Source: Amoebophrya sp. A120
Lineage: Eukaryota; Protista; Dinoflagellata
DNA length: 64,000 nucleotides
Reading direction: 5' to 3'
Assembly: GCA_905178155.1 (NCBI GenBank)
Contig: CAJINV010000002.1
Coordinates: forward strand, 2,167,216 to 2,231,215
Shown here in pieces: positions 54,101 through 62,493 of this stretch (positions within the stretch are counted from its first letter, which is position 1; each line of letters begins with the position of its first letter). The position numbers and the translations under genes are program-made. The notes beneath the pieces are model-generated. The model was not told the origin of the DNA and made no database searches. It saw only the letters and a program-made list of their open reading frames with translations.

Positions 54101-57100
54101 GTGGTCGTCCCCACCTGCTGATATCATGTGCCTACTGGAAGAACTATCCGACACTTGCACTTGAAAAGCGTCGGGGAAGCAGCTGTACTGCAAGAAGTCC
54201 AGACGGCTTAACGTGACAAAGTGGGTATTTGCAATGCACCGGTATCGCTCCCGCATTACGTCCCACTGGATCTTCTCGCCCTCTCGCTGCAGAAGCTTCG
54301 CCACAGACAAAAACTTCACCACACTGCGTTGCTTCTGGTTCGTTGAATCCGAACTGCTAGTAGAGCTACCAGCAGTCGTGGTTGAAGAAAATTTGGTTTT
54401 TTCTCCACCACCGCCCGCACTTTCGCTCTTGACCGTTCCGAGTAGAAGCACGAAGCTCTTGTCCGAAGCAACGCGGAGTCGGTTGTAGGTGATTCTTTGG
54501 TTCATTTCAGGACTACTTGAAGTAGCTGGCGTTTTCGGAGTAAAACTATTCGTTCTGCCATGTTGCAGATCCTGGACGTTTGTCATGGAGGAGGAGGATA
54601 AGCGCAGTTGCGGGTGCATAGAAGAAGAAGATCGATTGATTGCGTCCGAAGAACTACTAGCACACGAAGAGGACGACGGTATTCTTGCCTCATCACCAGA
54701 CCCACCCCCACAAGAACTACCCGAGGATGCAGCAGCTGCGACGCAATTTACCGCTACTCTGGCACACGCGACGCCGATCAGGCTCCATAATAGCAGCTCC
54801 CCATCGGTTGTTAACGCGAAGAGCCATCCGTCCTCGGCTTTCACGTCGTAGAACCGAACGAGAGGTTTATTTTCAGATGAAGCAGCGGTTGTACTTCTAC
54901 TAGTTGTCCCTCCTGCACCAGTAGCTCGTCCTGCCGAAGACGAGGCACTATTGCCGCAGTAATCCTGCAACCAGAACCGGTTTTCCAGAATCACCGCGTC
55001 CTTGGTCGTTTTGAAAACAAAACACAAACTGCTCTTGACGATCAAGACAAACGAATCCTTCGTGTTGGGCACGAGAAAGGCGCGGTCGTCTAGAAGAGAG
55101 TCCTCGTCTGGCCCTGGTGCAGCTCCACCACGTGGTTCTTTTTGGATTTGCTCCTCGCCGAGATCGTCAAAAATCGAAGCGTGAGTAGGGTGTTGGTGAT
55201 GATGAAGATGATGACCGCTCGTGGTCCCATGGGTCGTACTACTTGTGGTGGCTGAAGTAGAAGGACTAGGACCCGCAACATGAAGATTCACTGGGTTTAT
55301 TGGCGGAGGGGCGAAGGTTCTCAACGGTAGAATTTCCTCAAACAGCTCCTCGCATGATGCGCCGCCAGGCGCAGGATGCTGCCAAGCACAGGAAAACATT
55401 TGCGCGTTGGTGGTTCCAATCCCGGGGGAGTGCTTGTTGGGACCGAGAAGGACGTGCGGATCGTAGTTGTGCTTACCATGTCCACCTCCTGTCTCAGATG
55501 AAGATCTTCCGTCCAAGTAGACCACTTGCCTTCCGCTTGCTCCGCCAGGAACAACCTGTTTCATCTCGTCCGTTGCTGAGGCTTGAAGCTGCTCAGTCGG
55601 GACCTCGTCAAGATGAAAAAGTTCCTGTGGCAAACCTCCCCGGCCATCGGTAGAAGTTCTGCCTCCTCTCATCTTCCGTTCTTCTTCCAGTCGCCTTTTC
55701 CAATCCCGGAGTCTTTCCAAACGCAGCTTCTCTTCCGCTTCGTCTTCCTCTGCAGCTTGGGTGGGGGGATCATGAATACCCTGCTTCTTTGCCATAGTGC
55801 CTTTATCATTCCGCCCACGAGCTGCACGGCTCATCTGGTTTATTGCCACAACTCGCGCAGGAGGTCTTTGCCCTTTTCTGTTCTCTCCATCTTGTTTGTC
55901 ATGTGGAAGCAGATCGGGCAAATGCGTCGCGTCGTTCTTGAATCTCAAGAAACGTAGTTCCTGGCAATCCTCCGTCAACCGTACCAAACAGGAGTAGGAT
56001 ATGGCAAGAAAAAACTGTTTCATCACTGTGAACTTGTGATGCGGAGAAGGGAGCACAGAACGATGTGTCTTGCTACACCTACATAGAGCATTGGAGTTTT
56101 AACCGTGTTTTCCTCTATTGTGGGAAATGCGCGCATGGCAAATTTTCTCCAGATGTGTCATCATGTGTAAGTAACAAACTTGTGACGCAGGAGATCTTGA
56201 AAAATGTATCATCACAGTGAAACAGTCTTTTCGTTGGATATAGGAACTCGAACCGCTTGTGCAGGTTTCCACTTTAGACTCGCCAATGTGCGTCCAGAGA
56301 ATCTTCGGCATCGATCTTTTACTACAAGATTTTTTCTCGATTCGCTTCGAACTTCCACTTGTCGTGTCGTGGCCAGTCGTGCTCGTCGTTCCGTGATCGT
56401 TTTTGCTAGTCGAAGGTGCACACAAGTAAGATGAACTACCCGTCGTTATGACCACGTCCACAGGACCACGACGAGAATGATGATCTCCATGGGCGGGATA
56501 AGCAGAGCCGCCTGCTGGTGCCTTGTTTTTATCGTTCCCGCTTGCAGCTCCATCGTCCAGTTCCCGCACACGGATGGTTCTGGTGGTAAAAACAGATTTC
56601 TCCCTGGTGTCGCCCCCTCCTTGTTCCGACAAAATGGCGACCCGCCTGCGGTCGTGGGAGGGGATTAAGTGGATTCTGGATTCGTCCTGCCGTTCGTTCA
56701 GTCCAGTGTTAGTGTGCTCCTGCTCGTCGGGTTGGGCGCCATCTGCTCCCGCGGGCACTAGCTCATCCATGCTTCCAAAAAAATCGTCCCGCAAACACAC
56801 CAGACCGCGCTTCGATTTAGTATTGTGCCCTTCATCAGCTGCGGTCGCGTGACTGCTCGTGTTGCCATTTTTATTCATCTCCAGTACTACCGGCGGACGG
56901 CCGGAAGCATGTTGACAACCAGCACCTGTCGTACCGCCAGTAGAGAAACCACCAGTGGCCATATTCCCATGTTGGTTCGACGGTAGCGCATAGGGCCGTC
57001 GGTGGTCGACTGCGTCTAATCTATTCCCAGTGGAGGAGCTGCTGGAGGAAGCGGGGCCAGGCGGTCTGTTTGTGGTGTATGGAGTTCTCAAACGTTACAT

Positions 57101-57387
57101 TCTCAACTGTGACATGAATTTGTGATGCAGAGCAGCGAAAGTGAAAGGGAGGGTCTTGGTGCAACTCTAGCATCACAAATTTTGCACAGAGGTTCATGCG
57201 GTTTCGTCCTTCGGAAATGTGTCATGCGCAGCCGCTTGGTCGTGTGGTTGCTTATGGCAATTTTGCATGACAAATCATGTAACAGTTAAGAATGTAACAT
57301 TTGAGAATGCCATATGGTGCCCCTAGAAGTTGTACTCCCGGGAGGAGGAGGAGGACCAGCACCCCCCGGCCGCGCGGGGGCCCACAT
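30170..57387 (-). CDS. SPG11: Spatacsin (SPG11) homologue, ~7150 aa, 24 TIR elements plus 1 GT-AG intron
   Basis: Motifs YYLAQGRPLMAF, WHLVALFCRVHALP..LHELARNGDW, QLLILAYHCF, WAKCLFRQVIVNRN resemble spatacsin. All junctions join in frame; spliced length 21462 nt is divisible by 3. Confidence 0.8.
30891..31169. mobile_element. TIR intron element family C
   Basis: DR GATCT; removal gives DADPFLVLN. Confidence 0.9.
32729..33023. mobile_element. TIR intron element, family G-like, left end TG instead of TA
   Basis: DR TCGCA; removal gives RRSAKEEKEERM. Confidence 0.85.
33059..33282. mobile_element. TIR intron element family D, inverted relative to 10107
   Basis: DR CTGCC/CCGCC; removal gives LEAEREML. 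Confidence 0.9.
33493..33643. mobile_element. TIR intron element family B
   Basis: DR TGACA/GGACA; removal gives LILSLFLQ. Confidence 0.88.
33730..33985. mobile_element. TIR intron element family A, inverted near-copy of 60266
   Basis: DR CATAC; removal gives TRGMQQLK. Confidence 0.92.
34854..34952. mobile_element. TIR intron element family E, shortest copy (99 bp)
   Basis: DR TCAAA/TCGAA; removal gives KAC(S/L)TLETD. Confidence 0.9.
35121..35383. mobile_element. TIR intron element family A
   Basis: DR GAGGC; removal gives NDCLAPW. Confidence 0.92.
39142..39400. mobile_element. TIR intron element family A
   Basis: DR CCGCG; removal gives the conserved HELARNGDW. Confidence 0.92.
39611..39848 (-). 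other. Canonical GT-AG intron in SPG11
   Basis: GTGGGA donor, TTCAG acceptor; join DSDQVAMNSTALL. Confidence 0.7.
41638..41788. mobile_element. TIR intron element family B
   Basis: DR GAGCC/TCGCC; removal gives MPVARLLG. Confidence 0.88.
41847..42113. mobile_element. TIR intron element family A, inverted relative to 13798
   Basis: DR CCGTT; removal gives TTNGTSSS. Confidence 0.9.
44346..44669. mobile_element. TIR intron element family G (TAT.G..AGGAAAAATCCCCCCTCCCCATA)
   Basis: DR CTGTT; removal gives NKTGRTDHNM. Confidence 0.9.
45760..45920. mobile_element. TIR intron element family F
   Basis: DR TTTGG/TTCGG; removal gives VRPNGNL. Confidence 0.9.
46015..46164. mobile_element. TIR intron element family B
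   Basis: DR CGGCC; removal gives NTGPQFRG. Confidence 0.92.
47129..47365. mobile_element. TIR intron element with degenerate TIR, related to 56000
   Basis: DR TTTGC/CTTGC; removal gives DQGQ(D/N)GEDEV. Confidence 0.82.
47533..47794. mobile_element. TIR intron element family A, inverted relative to 6849
   Basis: DR CAGGA/CTAGA; removal gives TSN(L/P)EDDDD. Confidence 0.88.
49096..49378. mobile_element. TIR intron element family C
   Basis: DR TTGTG; removal gives KFGTIASK. Confidence 0.92.
49621..49889. mobile_element. TIR intron element family A
   Basis: DR AGGGC; removal gives FGSPWSAHED. Confidence 0.88.
49948..50097. mobile_element. TIR intron element family B
   Basis: DR TCGTA; removal gives RHYDAGRQ. 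Confidence 0.92.
51286..51543. mobile_element. TIR intron element family A
   Basis: DR TGACA; removal gives RSCVMMGN. Confidence 0.9.
51677..51945. mobile_element. TIR intron element family A
   Basis: DR AGCAG; removal gives LTLLLGLQY. Confidence 0.9.
51978..52127. mobile_element. TIR intron element family B
   Basis: DR TCCAA; removal gives RWQLEAEL. Confidence 0.92.
53436..53598. mobile_element. Degenerate family B element hidden in frame inside ORF 52097-56056
   Basis: TATTCTCTGCAAAAG...CTTCTGCAATGCATA; DR CGTCG/CATCG; GCATGACAA motifs; 168 nt with no stop. Confidence 0.8.
56000..56240. mobile_element. TIR intron element related to 47129
   Basis: DR TAGGA; removal gives SSSYSCLVR. Confidence 0.85.
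57078..57314. mobile_element. TIR intron element, singleton (TATGG..TTCTCAAA.GTTACATTCT)
   Basis: DR TGGTG; removal gives SRGTTNRP. Confidence 0.88.
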
Positions 57388-58023
57388 AATGAATCGACTT
57401 CGACGTGTGGGCTAAAACAAAACGACGCGACAAGGTTCGGAAGCAAATTATGTTACCAGATCACGAGACAAGAAATGGGTCATTCTTTCTCTCAAAAAAT
57501 CAGATCGCTTGACATTTTCTAATCACGACAACCGACAATGATCCAAGCGGTTTGTCATGGAATTGCGTCAACAAAAAGAAGCCGATCATCGGTAATGGTC
57601 GTCATGTTCTGAATGCAATATAAAGGTTCTTTCGAACCTTGTCGCGAGACAAGAGCAGAACCCTTTTTAGAAGGACAAGCAAGAATACCGAATTTAGATT
57701 TACGTTCCTGAAAAACGTTTTTTTCATGGATCAACAAAGCAGGAGTAGGCAGACAGGCTGCGCTTCTGTTCAACATCATCTGAGTCGTGTCTATTCCAGA
57801 AGAAGAACATGGAGACAGCAGAAGATGCCGATCTCCTTTTGCAGGACGTCGATGGTAAGTATTGATTTCCATTTCTCTAGACTTCATCTTCCTCGGCACC
57901 TTAATATGATCCAGCACCGAAATTTCCACTTCACGTAAAGACAAGCTCAATTATCACGTCGCGTGGTCGTGCCATTCTAATTCATTCACACAACATTTGT
58001 ATAGTATGCAGCCTAAACAGCCT

Positions 58024-61000
58024 TTATCCAAACAACCCGCCGAGCAAGCTCTCATCGCGTTGGTCGAATCCCCCTCGGGTAAAGTATTCCTCACTCAGAA
58101 ACAGTGCACAAGCAATCAGCAACCCCTTGTGTGCGACGTCTCCAATCGCTCCGAATTCCACCTCGTACAGGCCCGCGTTTTTGCGAGGAAAAATCCCCCC
58201 TCCCCATACCCAAACGGGATACTTCTGAAAATTTGTGATGCTGATTTGAGGCCACATCACATCGTCCCTGTATTGCAAGAAGGCAGATCAAAAAACCCCG
58301 CCGCGTTCTGCAGGCAGTCTGTGCTGCTGTATGGCGTGCGGAGGATATGCCTGCCTTGCTAGGCGGCTACACCAAAACGCCCCTACTCCGGCTTTGTATC
58401 TGCCTGCGGTCTTCTACTGCAAAAGAACAAATCCGATTTGTGTACACAAATCCCGCATCACAGATTTCTATCTCGATATGCAAGGGAACAAGGGGAGATT
58501 TTTCCTTTTGATAAGCGTCACCGGCGATCCAATCCCGCAGGAACCCGCCCCAGTGCTTGCGAATTTCCGCTACTTTTGAGCCCCGCGCGGTCCGGCCGGC
58601 GCCGCCGTCCGGGAGTAATTCGAACACGTCAAAGACCACCTTGTTGCACGGCCCGCAGGGACACCGGCAAATCAACCCGCACTGACACGAATCACCGTGA
58701 ACTTCGAAAATCGGCCGCCGAGTAGCGTCGAGAATCACGTAGTGTATCAAATGCGAAAATATCGTGCTCGTATTGCAGCAGTCATGCATCACAAATCTTT
58801 TTCTTAAGGTCAATCCGCATTACAAATTTCATTTCTCATGCTGAGGAGATTTGTAATGCATTCATACGACGAGTACGATTACGATACTTTTGCAACTCAT
58901 ATAGTGCATGCCGCAGCAATTGAATGGGTTTTCGATGTATCCTGCGGTCGTGTTCAAATGTAAATCCACCAATTCAATCTCCGGCCGACAGAAGCAGCAA
59001 ATCGCGCACGCGGTCGGCTTTTTGAAGTACAAGTAGGGAATCAGCGTGGAGTTCCACGGGTTTGGGTCCTGGTACCCGCCCAATGTCGGAATGGTGGTTT
59101 GTTGTCGCCCCTGCATCTGCATTGTAGTACTTGATGTGCCTGAGCCTGGCATGACTCTACCAGCTGGCAGAACTCCAGCTCCTCCGGTGGTTCCACCGAA
59201 CTATCCTAAGCAAAAACGTCCCCACCCCATAGTCAAGTTGGGGATCTAGCAACACAAATCTTCAAGTTTTGGGAGCTGTGCATGACAACTTTCTCTTTGC
59301 AATGTAGTGCTAGTTGGCAAGGCACGCCGCATTGCAAATTTTCTCATCTTCCTGTTTTCTGCATTACAAATTCCAAAACACGATTGAAAATGCCTCTCAT
59401 GGAGCTGCGCATTACAAATGTTCCTGTCATTGCGCACTCGCATGACAACTCTGGTGTGGGGACGATTTTCCACAGGATACGAACAGGGAAATAGTCATCT
59501 CGTACCCCCTGACGCCAGCCGGGCAACACTGTCTCTCGAGGCACGTTGATCTCTCGTGCGCATACATCACGGTCTCGGTTGTGGTTACCGGGTTGACATC
59601 GGTTTGTCCTGCCATGCCAGATGAGGGCTGCGGTGCCATGCCTGCTATGGGCGGGAAGGGAGGACCAGGACCACCTCCGCCCCCGACGATTATCCACGAA
59701 AAAAACTGTAGCCTTAGTGTAACTTTCTTTGGCTGCCAGCGTTACAAATTTGCTCTACCATGATAGAGAAAACCTGTCATGCGTGACTTGTGAGGGAAAA
59801 CACACAGGAAAAGAGGACTTCATGGCTGTCCCTGTCCGGCATGACAGGTGTATTAACTCTGTTGCATGTTCTGCATATACAGAACTACACTTAGACTTAA
59901 GTACACAGTTTTTTCTTGCATAGCGATCGCGCCTGGAATAACCGTCCGAGTCGTCTCAATTTGGTACTGGTTCGCCCGCTATGAGGGTGCACAAGAACTC
60001 CCCCTCGTTCTCATTTCTCATGCAAAAAAATCCTTCCCTTGATGTATCACTATTATGCAAGACAGATTCCGGAACCCCACACAGTAATACACTAGGCCCA
60101 TGAATTTGCCACCCATGCACAGGCTCTACGTGTGCTGGTGTTTGCATTGCTGTTGGTTCATGCAATACAAATGAGGGGGAGAGGGAACTGTGCACTGTCA
60201 TACCCGCTCCCAGCCGAAAAAAATTTGCGACAGCCGGATCTTCTCGCGGATTGTGATTTTTTGCATATCAAATGCAAAAATGTCTGGGTCTGGAAGATTG
60301 CGAGATTTGTCATGCTTGTCTGGCATGACCAAAAAAATTGTGATGCGTGTCCGAGAAGAGACCCTTTCGCATGTCATGCAAAAACGCAGTCTGTCATGCG
60401 AAAAACGCAACACAAAGAAGCGCAGATATTTCTCATGCTTGGCTGTGCATTACAGAGCATTCATTATTCCGAGCGCAGCATTACAAGTTTCCAGACCCAG
60501 ACATTTTTGCAATCCATATTGCAGGGAACTGAGCAATTGGTAGCCGACATTGGCCTGCGGGTTCATTTGCTATCGTACGAAAAAAGTGTTACAGTTACAT
60601 ATTTCTAGGCAATTCAGCAACACAAATTTCTCTGCATGAGAGAGAAAACTTGTAATGCAGAAATCCTACGGGGAAACACCTATGAAACGAGGCCCCTATG
60701 CATATCCGGCATGACAGAGCTTGTCTGTCTTGCTTGGCCTGCAACACAATGTGTTGTAACTGTAACACTTTTTTCTTGCGATATTTGCGGTTGCTGATGT
60801 ACTATCATGTTTCTGTTCTGGATCGACGTAGTTGGTTTTATCAAATGCAAATATCCCTGGAAGATGTCTGGAAGATTACAAGACTTCTCATGCAGGTTCA
60901 ACATGACACATGAGGTCAAGGTCTGCAATGCAGGATCTTCTAGCATGACAGATTCTACTGTGAGATCTTATTTACCATGCCTATCCTGTCGATGAGAAAC

Positions 61001-61509
61001 TCACTCCCAACTTGGTCAAAAATGGACGGCTGCTACTTTTGGTAATCATGCAACACAAATTTTTGCATCCCCCAGATTTAGCATGACAAGCTGCATTCTC
61101 CCAGACATCCAGAGGCATTTGCAGTCGTGCATAGGTTGCTGTAGTTGACCATTTGCTGTAGTGGGCACGATATTAAGTGCAAAAGTATCGCACTCGTATT
61201 GCCAGTCATGCATTACAAATTTTTTTCTCAAGGTGAATCCGCATTTACAAATTTTATTTCTCATGCTGAGGAAATCGAAATTTGTCACGCATCTATACGA
61301 ATACGATACTTTTGCAGTTCATACACGGCGACGCCCATCTGCTGCTGGTAGTTCTGCGCCAGCATCATTTGCTGCTGCATGGGCGCCGGCATGGGTGGGG
61401 CGGAGGGAAGAACGACAGGGTCGCCGTCGACCTGCGCCTGGCCCCCGGTAGAAGTCGCATGAAGATGCTGGCCCGGGGGCACAGCGTTCGATAGCAACGC
61501 CTGGTCCAT
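58024..61509 (-). CDS. Phospholipid scramblase family protein (433 aa after removing 9 elements)
   Basis: P/Q-rich N-terminus, WERANQYQI, ERSTCLERQCC, Cys clusters, IRKHWGGFLRD..DAGLYEVEF, KGLLIACALF; spliced CDS 1302 nt. Confidence 0.88.
58179..58513. mobile_element. TIR intron element family G, left end TT
   Basis: DR CGCGT/AGCGT; removal gives IAGDAGLYEVEF. Confidence 0.85.
58745..58901. mobile_element. TIR intron element family B
   Basis: DR TAGTG; removal gives GMHYVILD. Confidence 0.9.
59202..59479. mobile_element. TIR intron element family C, inverted relative to 30891
   Basis: DR CGAAC; removal gives ISLFGGTT. Confidence 0.9.
59691..59922. mobile_element. TIR intron element (TAT...GAAAAAACTGT type)
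   Basis: DR ACGAT/GCGAT; removal gives GAI(A/V)GGGG. Confidence 0.82.
59980..60202. mobile_element. TIR intron element family D
   Basis: DR CCCGC; removal gives GWERANQY. Confidence 0.9.
60266..60518. mobile_element. TIR intron element family A
   Basis: DR TTGCA; removal gives SSLQKITI. Confidence 0.92.
60571..60783. mobile_element. TIR intron element, F-like (TATCG...GAAAAAAGTGTTACAGTTACA)
   Basis: DR TTTGC; removal gives QQPQMNPQ. Confidence 0.9.
60839..61133. mobile_element. TIR intron element family A, 13798-like interior
   Basis: DR GGTTT/GGTTG; removal gives QLQQPTTS. Confidence 0.85.
61171..61323. mobile_element. TIR intron element family B
   Basis: DR CACGA/CACGG; removal gives GVAVPTTA. 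Confidence 0.9.
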
Positions 61510-62493
61510 CCCTTGGCAGGCTTTGTCTTTGATGGAGGCAGGCAGGCTTTGCTCGAAGAACTACTTAACAAAGACAACGAACGACCATATTGTTCTCTTT
61601 AGTAGTACTTAACACGGGAACAAAGGGCTTTTGTTGCCGAGGAAGAGACAGCACTACTGCGTCGCTACCCAGGTATTACTTAATCACCTGTATCAATTCT
61701 TTGTCTTTCTTCAACATAAGTGAAATATGATCAAAGGCGTTCTTGTGTCTACTCTCAGCTGATGGCTGCACGCGCGCAGGCTCAACAGCACAACTACGTA
61801 CTTGGCTACACAAATAAATTCCCTCTCTTGTTTCCTTTGCGGGAAGTTCATCTCATGCTCATCGCTTAGACAACGTCCGGCAGCAATGAAGGATCTTGTT
61901 CGTCAAGCACGCACCACAGGCAAGCAATATAAAGAACGACCAAGACGAGCAACACAGATCGACCGCAATTGCGAGCGTCATCCGCCCCGCTCCAACCGGC
62001 TGCGAATGCAGTCGTAGGACCTCCACGGGGCTCGTACTAAAATGTTTATTTTTCTCTCAAGAGACGAGGGGTGTTGGTGTTCGCATTCGTTCAAAAGACC
62101 TTTTTTTTGAGTAGTTTTACTGTTCCGGGAGACAACGCGATCATGAGTGGAGCGAGCTACAACCCCCGTCTCACGACTTCGAGGTGCTGCTTCTTTGAAA
62201 CTTTGTGGAAAGCCGCGCAAGTAAGGGGGCTAGCTGCGCTTCGCGAATTTTACAAATGACATCGGTACCAACATGCTTCTTGTGACAATTGCAATTCCGA
62301 AGAGGACAATAGCGAAAATAAATTAGGTTTTTTACTGGGGGCAGATAGGTTTGTTTAGTTGAAAGCGGTTTTCGAAGTTCCATGCTGTTCTCCTTCTCCA
62401 TCCCGGGAAAGCAGCATGACAGATATTTCTTTTTCTCTTGGTCGTGGTATTTTCAAAATACAGATGCAGCAGCTGCATCCCATACTTTTTTAC

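Noticed and set aside
6673-60608. Many short ORFs sharing peptides such as KCKNVWVWK, AKMSGSGR, YDTFAQD and PDPDIF
   Set aside because: They are translations of element TIRs in various frames, not a protein family.
6849-61323. Element size classes near 150, 220 and 265 bp as a nucleosome signature
   Set aside because: Sizes simply follow family membership, and there are too few independent families to infer periodicity.
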